Below, one piece after another: positions 1-13,000 of a stretch of DNA of 64,000 nucleotides; the first letter of the stretch is position 1, and every line of letters starts with the position of its first letter. Origin of the DNA: Octopus sinensis (lineage: Eukaryota); NCBI RefSeq assembly GCF_006345805.1, contig NC_042997.1:80600001-80664000 (forward strand), in the 5' to 3' direction. A program made the translations under genes and the position numbers. The notes under the pieces are model-generated. The model did not search any database. It was not told the origin of the DNA and saw nothing but the letters and a program-made list of their open reading frames with translations.

Positions 1-1779
1 CATAAAGATTTACATATTCATTTCTCAAAATTTAGTGAACAAAACTATGCCAACAAGTTGATATTTAAAGTCAATGGATTGGTCACCATTTAGAAATCTG
101 CTTCATATGACAGAAATAATCACTGTAATTTCAAACAATGAAGTTACAAGCAAATCATAACCTGCAAGATCATTACAAGAGCTATGTTTCTCTGTCCTCC
201 CATCATATGCTTTCCTCTGATTATGATGAATTTTGAGAAACCTAATTCAATTCATACACAATAGATTTTTCAACCATGTAAGACTAGTCATTTTGCAGAA
301 AGCTTCAGCAAGTAAAACTGTTAATTCTACCCTACCTGTAAGCTGCATATGTTATTTTTCACTTGACTATCTATTAATAAACAATAACTATGAATTTTTT
401 TTAAAATGTCATGGAAACATTCCTTATTGTAAATAAAATTAATTCACCAAAAGTTATTATTGCTCATGTATGAGGAAATTTTGGTAAAGATATTTCACTG
501 AAAGTGCATTAATATTATGGACAAATTATTAAAAACAAAATCCCTTTGACATTAATCTGTCACACATACAGGTATTTACAAATGAGTGAGCTTTTATATG
601 GTTATTCAAACGCACAGAAATAGCGACAATGATACCTTCAAATCAACCATAAAGAAATATAATAATGAAAATAGAACCCGGACTATGAATATTGCTTATG
701 GAGAAGTTGTCAAAGTAAATATGAATATTGTCCAAATACATACTGAGTTTGCAAAAAAATGAAAAACATTTTTTAAATAAATGACTTAAGTGAAACAATA
801 TTAAAAAATTACTTATTCAACCATCTCTAAAAAAGATAAATTTCAGTAATTTACCAAATTAAAAATACTTAATATCTATTTTTCTGAAAATGAAACTAGA
901 AGTTAATATATTAAAATTAATGTTTTAAATGGACAAACAATTTAAATATAAAACTTTACCATCACATCAATGATCACTGAAGTAGTAGAATAAAGAAAAA
1001 TAAAATGCACCAAAGAGTGGGGCAGCTAAGGAGCAGTTTAACACTGAATATTTAAACAGATATTAACTGAGTCCTGAATTTCAAATATGACTAATTGACA
1101 TGTATCTAATTTAAACAGAGATGGAGAGTCAAATTATATCAATAAGAGTTTCAGATGAGCAACAAAAATATTTATATCTCAAGAAATAAACATAAAACAA
1201 ATATAACAAATGCTCTTAAATAAAATATATCTTAAATTAAATATATCAAATATATCAGGTACTCTTAAGTAGATTAAAAATAATGGCTCTTCTACAAATA
1301 AATTGATTCAGCCTCAATATTCAGTCTCAGATCAAGTTATTTGCCAAATAATTACAACTCTAAAAATTTGAGAACCAAGCTGCAAAATCTTGTGTGTGTT
1401 ATTGCATGTGGCTTCAAAAAGATAACCTTACAACAACTCCACTTTGTAAAATGCTGCATCTCACACAAGTTTTGTGCTGAGAAAATTTCACATAACTGTG
1501 AGAGCGCAAACTTGAAGAAAAGATAGGTTTCTAAAGTATAGCACACCTTGCTGATTAACCCCAAATCCATCATAAACAGAAATATTATAACACTAGTGTA
1601 GTCATGATTGTAGCAAGAACCAATTATTTGAATAGAAACTGGACTAAAACACGTCTAAAATGAATGATGGAAGGCAAAACATGATTAGTATGAAAACAAG
1701 TTATATAGACTCTTTAGCATCTTTATCCAGGTTCAGTTAAGTGTTGTTAACATGCCAAACACATAAGAAAAAGAAGTGC

Positions 1780-2520
1780 GGGTGGGCAAGATTTAATGAA
1801 TTTGGTAAAGTTAATGGGGTAATATTGTTGCAAAGTGTACAGCTGAGAAATAATGAATGGTTATATTACAAAAACAAATGGCAGAAACTCAAGAGTTATG
1901 ACCAACATTATACCTAAAGTATAAAACAGAAAAAACTGAATGAAATCTTGTAATCAAATTTTTGGAAGAGAATGAAAATTAGTTACTGATTATATAACAT
2001 TCCTAAAACAGAGGAAGCAATGAGATTTTAGGAAAATGTCCATACAATGTCAGAAATGTAATGGATGGGTAAGCAAAATATAAATTCTCAAATACTTTGA
2101 GTAGAATATTTTCTGAGCGTATCACATGAAAATTAGTTCTTTGGTAATTAGTGGTACAAGTGACACAACTGGAAAGAGCATTGTATTAATAGTTTACTAA
2201 GGAATAGTAGAGACCTATGACTACTCAGTCATCTTAATGCTAGTAATTCTAAGTGCAGTAATTTAGACATTCAGTTTTTATTTGGTATATTTTTATACAG
2301 GAAAAATATGATTTGATTTCCATCAGCAAATATGAAACTAGGTGACCACATCACTATGCTAAGCATTAGTAGGATAACCTATCTTCTTAGACTAAGTGGC
2401 TGATAAATTATATAGTGGAGAAACAACAGTTAATATCTAATCTGAGAAGATAGATTGGCATATACACTATAGTATAATCAGTAATATGATCATCTGAGGA
2501 CTGGATAATGATTTGAGTTC
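1780..2520 (+). mobile_element. Highly degraded R4/Dong-like non-LTR retrotransposon fragment
   Basis: Short broken peptides such as PKTEEAMRF*EN (~2003-2038) resemble the P..EEA..FW motif upstream of the RT in R4/Dong ORFs. Many stops; boundaries approximate. Confidence 0.3.
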
Positions 2521-3557
2521 TCTTAATGGGCCTGTTGCTGTTTTCTATCTCAAACATTAGCTTTTTTAATCCTTTAGTAACTTTTAGAGCTTCTTAACTA
2601 TTCAATTATTGCATTCTAATATGTACAAACATTCACAAGTATAAAGTGCTAAAAGTAAATAAAGTGCAGTCAGCTATTGAGCAAAACCCAGTTATAAATC
2701 CTGTTGGCATTCACTTCAATATATTTACACCAATAATAACCCTGGGAGATTTATGAACATCACAACAACTTATTTCATAACTCACCTAAATCAAAAATGT
2801 TTATGCCTACGAAAGAAATCAATATTTTCTACCTGGTTCATCTATGACCTGGAAAGTGTAACAACCTAGTGAAATAAATTACAAGCTGAATGTTTAGCAT
2901 ATTAGATTGCAAGTTCACATACGTTGTGCACTGCGTTTGTAGAGAGCATTTACAGTTTGCAATTCACTCTACCTATCTGAAAAATACCTTCTGTGATTTT
3001 AGATTTAAATACTTATATTTCTATTGTTTTTTTCTCTCTCCTTTTTTTTACAGTTAAATGTCCTTTTAACATTCACTTCAAAATTGCATTTCTTGAGCTT
3101 ACTTGTTGGCCAATCCTACTTTGCATAACAAGTAATTTACAAAAAAATTAATAAAGTAAGTTTAATTTTGAACCTTATTTAATCAAAATAATTATGAATA
3201 TTTGGAACACTGAGATCAATGATAACAGGTTTCTATCTGGTAGAGAATGTAGGGCATTGATGTAATATAAAATAAAAGTGCTAAGTTTAAGCACTATTTT
3301 GATTTGTGAGAGGATCTGAGAAGTATTTAAATCAAAATCATTCATCATAAAGTGGAAATGAACACAGTATTGAAAATTCTAGGGAGATGAGATATTAAAA
3401 AGAAAAAGTATTTTCATTTATATGATTTTTTAAAAAATATATCAATGGAATAGTTGTGGAATTTAGTACAATATGAAAATTAACAAGTTCAGCTAAATCA
3501 AGACCAAGGGTTTCTCTTTAAAACTCTAAAAAAGACCACTCCACCCAGTATATTTAA

Positions 3558-3770
3558 CCCTTTAACATTAATTCAGCCATATCCGGCCAAAAGATTCTAC
3601 TCGTTTTATGCTCAAACAGATCTGGCCTCTCACACCAACCACACAATATCATTCAAAAATTAACAGTTACCTCATCAAAATCTCAAAGCTACAAGATAAT
3701 GTATGCTTAATTTAAAACAATGTGAATGCATAAGCAATACCTTTGAGAGGCTAATGTGAATGTTAAAGGG
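3558..3770. mobile_element. piggyBac-like MITE (213 bp), copy 1
   Basis: Perfect 12-bp TIR CCCTTTAACATT...AATGTTAAAGGG, flanked by TTAA at 3554-3557 and 3771-3774. Homologous copies at 9161, 18532 and 56854. Confidence 0.8.
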
Positions 3771-4543
3771 TTAAATGATACTTAATAAGAAACCCCTCAT
3801 ACATAGTCCATGTGTGTTCACACAAAGGTACACCTGCTCAAGCAAGTACATACTCTTGGCATATATAGACAGAAACAGGTGTGTGTACACACACACACCA
3901 CCACTCACCCTCTACTCGAAAGGAAAGAGAATGAAAAGGTTAAATATTTTAGTACAATCTGGATAATGACAATCAAGCACTGTTTTCTGTAAACAGATGT
4001 AGTTAAATACATTCATCCAACTAAGTGCACAGCTATTTACATTTATACATCCCTTATCAACATATATTTTAATTAATATGTAACAACTACTATTATTATT
4101 TGTATTAATTGTCAACAAAGGAAAACTCGTGCAGAGATTTTGTTTTACCTTTATTTTAAAATAATAATTATTCTAAATAAATCATAAGGTCAAACACTAA
4201 AATCTACAGGAAAATAAAGATTTCGTTATACAAAATAGGGATGGCCAACAAATAAAAGCTCAAATAATGCAATCTTGAAATGAGCAATAAAAGGGCCTTT
4301 CAACTGTAAAAAAATTGCAATATTTAATACTAAAACATGGTAAATGTTTTATTAAATGCTTGATTTGGTATTCAAGGAGTGAACTGACAGGATATTACAT
4401 CTAATTCTTCTTAATTCAATTCCATTAAGCATTTAAGTGAAATCATTTTGATAACTTAAGTTGTTCAGATATTCAAAGCCTGTTGCTGAAATTCTGTTGC
4501 ACCCTAAGGCGAGATTTCTAGCTCAAGCTACCTTGAGGTAGTA

Positions 4544-5635
4544 CAGGGTGGGGAAGCAAAACTTGCAAAATTGCTGTAACATTTGAAACTCTCTCATTGT
4601 GCATCAATAGGTTTAGTAATTCAAAAAGAGGTTAATAACATTTATATACAATTACAAAACGAATAATTTATTCTATGCAGCTTCCATTGTTTGCAATTAG
4701 TTTCCACACAGCCCCAGAACCCCGCACAATTCTTCACCACAAAGTCACTGGACATCCTGGCCCACTCCTCATTGATGGCAGCCTTCAGAGAGTTGATGTT
4801 GGGGTAGGAGGTTTTGTTGGTGACATGCTCGAAAATACCCCATGCAGCATAGTCCAGAAGATTGAGATCTGGGCTGGAAGAAGGCCAGAAGTTTGCAGAC
4901 CAGAAAGCAGCAAAGCTGGATTTGCAGAAATTCTGTACCTTCTTGGCAGCATGGCTGGGAGCACCATCCTGGGCACACACATAGTTGCCCTCTGGATAGT
5001 TGACTTTGAGCCATGACAAGAAATGGTACCTTAGCATCTTGTAGCAAGTGTCAGCACCCACCTTTTCTCCAGGCTTAGTAGAAGTAGATGGACAGCTTTC
5101 TTCCATCAGAGGCCACAACACCGAAGGCCAGGACCTGGGCTGGATGTTTTGTTCTGAAGGTGCACCTAATGTCAGCTGTTGACTCTAAGTCATCATTCAC
5201 AGTTGTCCTGATGGCTTTGGGGTCCACTTCAAGTTCAAAAGCTAACTTCCTTATGGATGTGGTTGCGTCTATTGAAATTTTGAACTTGAGGGTGTTGATG
5301 AAGTCTCAGTTCCATTTCTTGTTGGCCCCACTGCTGCCAGACTTCCTCTGAAAGCTATTGCTCATGTCCATTCTCTTCTTGGTGTAATAAACTGTGCGTA
5401 AGGATACTCTGACTATGTTTGAGATCCCCTGCACATCGACTTATGCACAAACCAAATCATATACTCTTTGTCTTCCTGTACAGTCATATTCTCCAATATT
5501 TCTGCAAAAAAAATGAGTTTATTATTTAGCTGACAATGTAGTCTTCGTTCTTCATTAGGTTTCATATCATCTGGTGTAGAGGTTGCTGTGAAACATTAGC
5601 ATAACTTTTAATGCAAATTTTGCTTTCCCACCCTG
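4544..5635 (-). mobile_element. Tc1/mariner DD37D (maT-type) transposon, internally deleted and defective
   Basis: 24-bp TIRs CAGGGTGGG(G/A)AAGCAAAA(C/T)TTGCA with 2 mismatches; TA on both sides (4542-4543, 5636-5637). Minus-strand peptide QDGAPSH...WPSSSPDLNLLDY has 37 residues between the 2nd and 3rd catalytic D. The first-D region is absent (DDL joins ESTADIRCTFRTKHPAQV). Confidence 0.9.
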
Positions 5636-6832
5636 TAGAATGGTAGAATGAAATGCATAGGTTATATACACTGACTTCACAGTAGTCATCTGCTAATATT
5701 CCTTTATATTCTGATTTGAAATGCCAACAAGATTAACTTTACCTTCTATAAATTCTGGGGTACATAGAATAAGCAATAGTAAAGTACTGACATTAATATA
5801 ATCAACAATAACCATCAGTTTATTATCCTGTTTGCTTTCAATATATCACTGAAAGCACAAAGTATTAGAATATGTTGAAGCTTATATCTAAGTTGAGAAA
5901 CATCATGTCCTAGAAAGGAAACCAGTATATTCCAGAGTTTGTTTAGAAATTAAATAAGTTCATACCAGTAAGCTAACCAAACAAAATATCAAACAATATG
6001 ACTCCTTTACCAGTACTTATAGTGGGGGATTGTACTTCTTGCTGGGATAAACAGGCATTTCAGTTGAATATTTTAGTCAAGGACGTATGCCATGTTACTA
6101 ATCATATAAAAATGGTCACTCTTATTGCCAGAAGACCAACAATATTTTTAGCTAACAAGGGCTTTATTCATGAAAATATCAAAAATTGCAGACCATAACA
6201 TTTTATCAGATGTAAAATAATCAGGAAAATTATTTTCCTTGTCTTTTTCAGTAGTGATTTAAATATTTATGTGCAAAGTTGGTTAGTTACATAATTAGTA
6301 AACGTGGCTCTGAAAATGATGGCATGGCAACAGGCAACAGTCAGCTGAACACTTGATAAAGATCTATTGAAAGAGCTTCATATGGCAAATTTCATAGTAA
6401 TAGTGGTGCTTTATTATCATTTAGATTAGCTTTCAAGCCATTGCTATCTTATATTTGATTTGATTTCTAAGAGACTGAACACAGAAAATGTCATTCTAGC
6501 ATCTCCTATGTGTATAACTCTTGGTTTCTCTACTGATGAAAGTACAGGAAAAAGTATTAATTACTGTGAGTTCTGAGTTCAAACCTTTCAACAAACATTT
6601 GGTTCATATTCAAACCATGATAAATAATTCAGGTCCCCACAGTAAGATAGGTTGACCATAGATTCCACTCCTGTTTCATGGTTAATGGTCGATTAATTAG
6701 CAGCTGGAATGGCACACAACTGTAAAAGCTAATGAACTTTATCTATGCAAATGCCTATGTTAAAACCAAAATTCATCCTTCCTGCCTATATCATGGTGGG
6801 GAAAAACAAGAAATTTATGTAAAATGAATATA

Positions 6833-8815
6833 CCGTATTTGACGGCATATAAGACGCACTTTTTTCCAAAAAATTTGGCTCAAAAAATCGCCCTGCGTCT
6901 AATATGCGAAGTCAAGACCCTCCCGTGGGCTAATCTTCTCCCAGACGCTCACTAACCTAGCTTACGATAAGTATTTCTACCTACGCTAACGCCTTAATGA
7001 TATTTTCCGTACTCATGCATCATTATTTTATTGCTAGTATTATTATTATTATTATTACCAGTATTATTACTTTAAAATACGAATTATCGTAAAAATTAAA
7101 GCAATCTACCGTAAATTGTTAGGCTGCGATCCATGACACATGTTTACTAATATCAGCTGATCGGAACCCTAACTCGATGCCATCTGACGGTGAGGAGTAA
7201 AACTACGGAATGCACATGATCATTGTGAGTTCGTGTATATACGGAGGTAGGTTGGATATCTTGGTACAACAAAGTTTATGATCATAACAAAACACACTAC
7301 AACAGTACAAGCACCCTCACGGCTATGGCAGCAAAAAGATCAAGCTACAAAATCTCCTACAAACTACGAGTGGTAGATTATGCCAAGGAGCATGGAAATA
7401 GAGCAGCAGCAAGGGTTTTTGGGCCACCACCTACAGAAAAATTGATACGTGTCTGGCGACAGCAAGAAGAGCAGCTGATGAGAGCACAGAAAGGTAAACA
7501 TAACCTTCGTTGCCCAGCCCCACATTGGCCAGAACTTGAGGATGATATAAAAACGTGGGTGCTTGATGAGAGAAACTCAGGGAGAAGTGTATCTACCAAA
7601 ATGATAATTCACGAGGCCATGAGAGTAGCAGAACAACGAGGGATACAGAACTTTGCAGGAACAGAAGGTTGGTGTTACAGGTTTATGAAACGGAAGGGTT
7701 TATCAATGCGTACAAAAACATCCATTGCACAAAAAATGCCTGCTGATTATGAAGAAAAAATATTAGATTTTCATAGATTTGTTATAAATGCAAGAAAGAA
7801 AACTTGTTTTGAACTGGGCCAAATAGGGAATATGGACGAAGTTCCACTCACATTTGATGTACCATCCAACAGGACTGTGAGTGTCAAAGGGTCTAAAACG
7901 GTTTCGATAAAAACCACTGGCCACGAAAAGACCCACTATACAGTAGCTCTGGCCTGTTGTGCTGATGGCATAAAACTGCCACCTCTTTTGATATTTAAGA
8001 GAAAAACTCAGCCTAAGGATAAAATTCCAAGAGGTGTACTAGTTCATGTTCACGAAAAAGGCTGGATGGACGAAAATGGAATGAAACTGTGGTTACAAAA
8101 TATATGGTCATGGCGTTCTGGTGGACTATTAAGAAAACCTTCTCTTCTGGTTTGGGATCAGTTTAGAGCACATAGAACTGAAGCAATTAAAAAAAGGGTG
8201 GGAGAATTGAAAACGCAGTTAGCTGTCATTCCTGGTGGACTGACGATCCAATTGCAGCCTTTAGATGTGTCTGTGAATAAGCCATTTAAGCAGAACATGC
8301 GTGAACATTGGAACAAGTGGATGGCAGAGCCACATCATGCCCTCACACCTCACAGGAAGAATGAAGCGGTCCACCATTGCTGAAGTGTGTGAGTGGCTGA
8401 AGAAATCTTGGGATGATGTTAGGCCTGAAATCACTGTGAAGGCTTTTAAGAAGTGTGGCATTAGCAATGCCCTTGATGGCACAGAAGATGATGCATTATT
8501 TGAAGACAGTGATTTCAGCAGTAGTGATGAAGATGTTCCTTGTTTTGAAGATGATGAAGACTTTTCTGGTGTAGAAGATGATGAAGAGTTTTCTGGTTAA
8601 AAAGATGATTAAAGATGATTACTATTGTAATTTGTATGCTTTCCTTTTGTATGCTTGCTTTTATACAGCAATGTTTTCTGCTTTTGTAATGAGCTGCTAG
8701 ACTACTTTCAACAATATATGCTTAAATACACTTAAAACTTTTTTTCCTGAATTTGACCTGCTGAAATGAGGGTGTGTCTAATATGCCAGTGCGTCTAATA
8801 TGCCGTCAAATACGG
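6833..8815 (+). mobile_element. pogo-superfamily DNA transposon, Passer (POGK-like) type, full length 1983 bp
   Basis: 28-bp TIRs CCGTATTTGACGGCATAT(A/T)AGACGCACT with 1 mismatch; TA TSD at 6831-6832 and 8816-8817; subterminal GCGTCTAATATGC-like repeats; internal transposase ORF. Confidence 0.95.
7325..8600 (+). pseudogene. pogo/Passer transposase (Brinker-type DBD, CENP-B HTH, DDE_1 DD35D) with one frameshift
   Basis: N-terminal YKISYKLRVVDYAKEHGNRAAARVF; NMDEVPLTFD; LVWDQFRAH...LQPLDV with 35 residues between the D residues. One extra C near 8351 shifts the frame; the other frame continues TGRMKRSTIAEVCEWLKKSW...KKCGISNALDGTEDD and an acidic tail. Confidence 0.9.
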
Positions 8816-8977
8816 TAGGTTTAAAATAGTCACTGACAAAGGCTTCTACATTGATATCAAAATGTGGATAATAGGTATAGGCATAGCCAAGTGGTCAACA
8901 AGCTTACTTAAAAACCAGACTGACCAATCCCTTAAGTGAAATTCGGTAAACAGATATTGTATAGAAGCTTTTCTTTC

Positions 8978-9030
8978 CCTCTCTCTCTCTCATGTGTGTG
9001 TGTGTGTGTGTGGTGTGTGTGTGTGTGTGT
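8978..9030. repeat. (CT)n/(GT)n microsatellite
   Basis: Direct reading. Confidence 0.9.
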
Positions 9031-9039
9031 GCCTGTATG

Positions 9040-9153
9040 TCTGTGGTTAAGAAGTTCACCTCACAATCATGCCACCTTGAGTCTGATTCCATTTTTCATA
9101 GTGTCTTGGGCAAGAGTGTTTTGTCATAGTTTTGGATCAAAGCCTTGTGAATA
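9040..9153 (+). mobile_element. tRNA-derived SINE fragment (family B)
   Basis: GTGGTTAAGAAG...CTTGGGCAAG...AAAGCCTTGTGA matches the head of the 51740 copy. Confidence 0.5.
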
Positions 9154-9160
9154 AAGTCAA

Positions 9161-9363
9161 CTCTTTAGCATTTAATCTGGTCATATCCCCCAGCCCAAAT
9201 ATTCTATCGGTTTTATGTTAAACCTGGCCAGGTTCAACTTCTCACACCTGCACTGCAATATCACTCAAAAAATATACAAACACAGCATTGAAATCTTGAT
9301 TAATTTAAAACAATGTGAATAAATAAACAATACATTTGACAAAGAAATCTAAATGCTCGAGGG
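9161..9363. mobile_element. piggyBac-like MITE, copy 2
   Basis: CTCTTTAGCATT...AATGCTCGAGGG termini, TCAA on both sides, internal homology to 3558-3770. Confidence 0.7.
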
Positions 9364-10472
9364 TCAAATAGACAGATATTGTACAGAATCCTATTGCATA
9401 GACTAAATACAATTCAAAGTTCCGTGCTGATTGTGCCTGGAGTTTATGTTAAAAAGAACAAATGTTTGTGGAATAATCAGTCATATACACTATAATTCAT
9501 TAAGTAACTCAATTGACCAAATATTTGAAATACTCAATCACTAACACCAACAGAGATCCATTTACCTTTCTAGTTAACTGTGTGTACACCAATTTATAAT
9601 CTAGTATATCAAGACAATTTATAAAATAAGTATCAGGCTGACATACATTTAAATATTAGAAAGCTTCACTGTACCCTGGCAGATTGTTTCATTTGTTGAC
9701 AACTCCTCGGATTAGATGTCAAAGATTAGATGTCAAAGGCTTCCTTCAGACTGATAGAAATACAAGGCTGGATATGTATTGATTAAAAGTAGTGCCCAGC
9801 ATGGGTGTAGTAAAAAAAAAAAAAAAAACATCTACAAGTGTCTGAATGAACCAACAATGGAACCTGTGTGGTAACTTGACTTGATAGAAATAGCAGCTGT
9901 GTTACCTCAAATCACATTCTACTGTTTTAAAGAAAGATGAATACATTGAACAATGCAGTCCCAATATACACAAAATTACAATATGGTCATAGCTTGAATA
10001 CTTTTGGTCACATGTATTATTCTGGGGCTAAATAACAAGTATTCGATTTAACATTTTAAGTGTATAACATGCATTTTGTAAACTCCCTGTTATCCATGAT
10101 TGTACAGACCTATGCTAACAAGCATTCCAGCATGACCAACCAGTCATCTTCCAGACATAATGTGCCTACATTAATTAATGTGTTCTTTAAAATATCCAGT
10201 TGACTAGCCCTGACTGAACAGCCCAAATTCAAAGATGGTCCAACAAAGACCACTTTGTTCTTTCAGACATCATGTATCTAAGATTGCATTCATTTAATGT
10301 ACCTTCAACCATTCAGGGGAATAAAGTTAATTCAAAAGAGATTTAGCTGCTATTATGGATCTGTTTCATTTTCTTCCACCTACAAATCTTAATCTGAAAA
10401 TTTTCAGAATCTGTACTGTTGGCATAGTTTTGCATGCTAATGATTGAATATAGCAGTTATTATTTTGGAAAA

Positions 10473-10927
10473 TCTCATCTCATCTCACTCTATATAAACG
10501 GCAGTTTGTCTGTCAGGTTGTACCCTCACCCTGACCACGGCTTTCAACCGATTCTGATGAAACTTGAGACACACATAGCCCAATGTCATAATTCGAAACT
10601 AACGCAGCGAAAATTTTGAAAAGTTCCCCCAGTTCTGAAAAAATCGATAAATTCGACATGGGGTCGAGAATCTAACCTTTTTATATGCAACACATTTTCT
10701 GGGCTGTACGTGGGCTGTTCAAGCGTTGGGAGGCACAATGATGTTTTCATGTTTTCACCCAAAGGGACAGCTAGGAACATTCTATACACAGAAGTATTCG
10801 AGTGAAGAGAAGACATTGCAACCTACACATGTGCCTTCGTTCCCCAGAGGGAAAGGACTAGATTGGGTTTAGTCGTTGTCTACTAGGGGCTCTTACATAC
10901 CCGGGCAACGCCGGGCTATGCTGCTAG
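10473..10927 (+). mobile_element. Non-autonomous Helitron (~455 bp)
   Basis: A|TC start (TCTCATCTCATCTCACTCTATATAA); CTAG|T end at 10924-10928; GC-rich hairpin CCCGGGCAACGCCGGG at 10900-10915 just upstream of the end; no TSD. The 5' end could alternatively be 10483. Confidence 0.8.
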
Positions 10928-11194
10928 TTTATAATAAATTAGAAGCATTTACAGTTCTGTATTTTTAGCTGTACCTTCTTAAGATTGTAATACACTCAAA
11001 GATTGGATTTGTTAATCAATTGTCAGGAACAAGTATTTACAATGACCTGTGGTGTGCATACTTGCATGTTCCTGAGGTACTAGGATACCAATTTCATCAT
11101 AGAACACCTAACCCCTTCAAAAGATACTGCACTACATATCTCAATTTAGTTTAATTTCATAACATTTCATTACACTGTTTTTTTTTTTTAACAG

Positions 11195-11238
11195 CCTATA
11201 AGTCCTTGTTTCATTCTGGCTGTTATTTCTAGCAGCAG
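11195..11238 (+). CDS. Candidate internal exon of an unknown gene (PISPCFILAVISSS-R)
   Basis: Long poly-T acceptor ...TTTTTTAACAG; weak donor CAG|GTCAAA; only one frame open; phase 0 to 2. No homology recognised. Confidence 0.22.
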
Positions 11239-11561
11239 GTCAAAAATATTACTCCATCAGCACTTTCTTTCAATTTCACTTTTTGTTTGTTTGCTTTAGT
11301 TAAATTCTTTTTTTTAAAAAAAACCTATACAATTTTCAAGATTCCCTTTCTTCAACAATAGTCTGTTTCTTGCCATGGCAATTATGGCTCATTTCATTGG
11401 CTAAAAATATATAACTAAATATTTCTATCTTGTTAATTATTAAGTTTTCAAAAAAAAATTTTCCATATGCATGGAAAATTTGAAGACAGTCTATTGAGAA
11501 TTGAAAAATCTTCAAGTGGCTGGAAGAAAAGGAAAAAGATCCACTATTTCTGCATATTTAG

Positions 11562-11594
11562 AGGTTCACTCATTGTTTTAATTATTTCACTGTT
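11562..11594 (+). CDS. Candidate 33-nt exon (GSLIVLIISL-L)
   Basis: Acceptor TTTCTGCATATTTAG; consensus donor GTAAGT; phase 2 to 2, compatible with both neighbours. Confidence 0.25.
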
Positions 11595-11973
11595 GTAAGT
11601 TAAAGGTGAGAGCGAACAACTGATTTTAAAAAGGTAAGTAAATAAAATAAGCTAATATCATTAATGTATAAATGTTTGCATCATGATCTAAAACTTTCAT
11701 AACTTTCAAGCATTCAGAGATCAAAAACTGCTATGAAAGGAAAATATTTAAAAAATGCTAATTGCTACTGAATCATCAGTACAAGTTGAGATATTTCAGT
11801 TCCAGCTCATTAGAAACTTAGCTTTCACAAGCTGTTCCAAATCCTGATAGGCAGTCAGAGTTTCCATCAACTAATAGATATTATTACACTTAGATGTACT
11901 TTAAGTTCTCTATCTTTCTTATTACTACTGCATTGTTTTGCTTCTTTCTGTTTCTTTTTTTTTAATTAACTAG

Positions 11974-12045
11974 GTGGAGTAAATACCTACACAGACCCAT
12001 ATTGTTTTTCTTTATATTTATCTCGTTTCTTGCCTCTGTGTACAA
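11974..12045 (+). CDS. Candidate 72-nt exon (WSKYLHRPILFFFIFISFLASVY)
   Basis: Strong polypyrimidine acceptor ending TTAACTAG; consensus donor AA|GTGAGT; phase 2 to 2. Confidence 0.33.
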
Positions 12046-12188
12046 GTGAGTGCGTGAGAGAGAAGGGAGAGTAAGAGGGAGGGGACGAGAGAATTTACAC
12101 CAACATAGAAACTAGATTAAAAAAACAAAAGGATTTCCTTAGAGTAATATAGTTCAAAGTATATGATGTAGTAGTGAAGAACTGATTG

Positions 12189-12189
<1 letters not shown>

Positions 12190-12229
<40 letters not shown>

Positions 12230-12235
12230 ATTATT
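12190..12235. repeat. (TTA)n microsatellite
   Basis: Direct reading. Confidence 0.9.
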
Positions 12236-12887
12236 AAACTGATGGCCTGATAAAAAGGCTTTTTTTCTTTACATATTCTACTCCTCTTTCTCAACTCTCA
12301 CTTACAACCAGAACAACATAATCAATTTCATTAATTTATCTATTATATAGTTTTATAGTTAAACTGTGGCTAGAATTAATTGTTCCACTCACTATATACA
12401 CACAAATTTCCTTTTGAACTTTTCAGTACTATTTCTCATGAAATCTTACACTATTCAAGAAATATTCATTTGCAATAACATATCCTCCCAGCAACAAGTG
12501 TTGTAAGAAAACATCACATAAAACTTGAACTTATTAATTTCTAATAAAATACTGCATAGCATTCATATATAATATAGTTGTGTGTGTGTATAAATCTGGG
12601 TGTGTATCAAAGGCTTTGAATTTAGAGGTATGGTGGCTGGTAAAATGAATGCATAGTAATAGGAGACACTATTTTATAATTTATCTGTTGGTGGCAGTAA
12701 TATTATTGATTCTTTACATTAGATACATAGAAAGACATTGAAGGGCAAATATTTCGGAACAATTGAATTGATACCAAGATAATATTGGTACTTAATCTAT
12801 TGACTAATTAGCTGGATTTTAACTTAGTACTATGACTTCTTGAGTTTTTTTTTTTTTCATATATATATATATAATTCACTGACCTTA

Positions 12888-13000
12888 TAAGGCACATGGG
12901 CCAGTGGTTAGAACATTGGGCTCACAATCATGAGGTAGTGAGTTCAATTCCTGGACCAGGCTGTGTGTAGTGTTCTTGAGGACAGTGTTGTTTCTGCATG
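12888..13000 (+). mobile_element. tRNA-derived SINE head
   Basis: A-box-like GGCCAGTGGTTAG and B-box-like GAGTTCAATTCC; reverse-complement homologue at 48505-48690. Confidence 0.55.

Noticed and set aside
2833-2976. Two tiny minus-strand exon candidates (SELQTVNALYKRSAQ / CYTFQVIDEP)
   Set aside because: Needs a suboptimal acceptor and a 57-nt intron; indistinguishable from chance.
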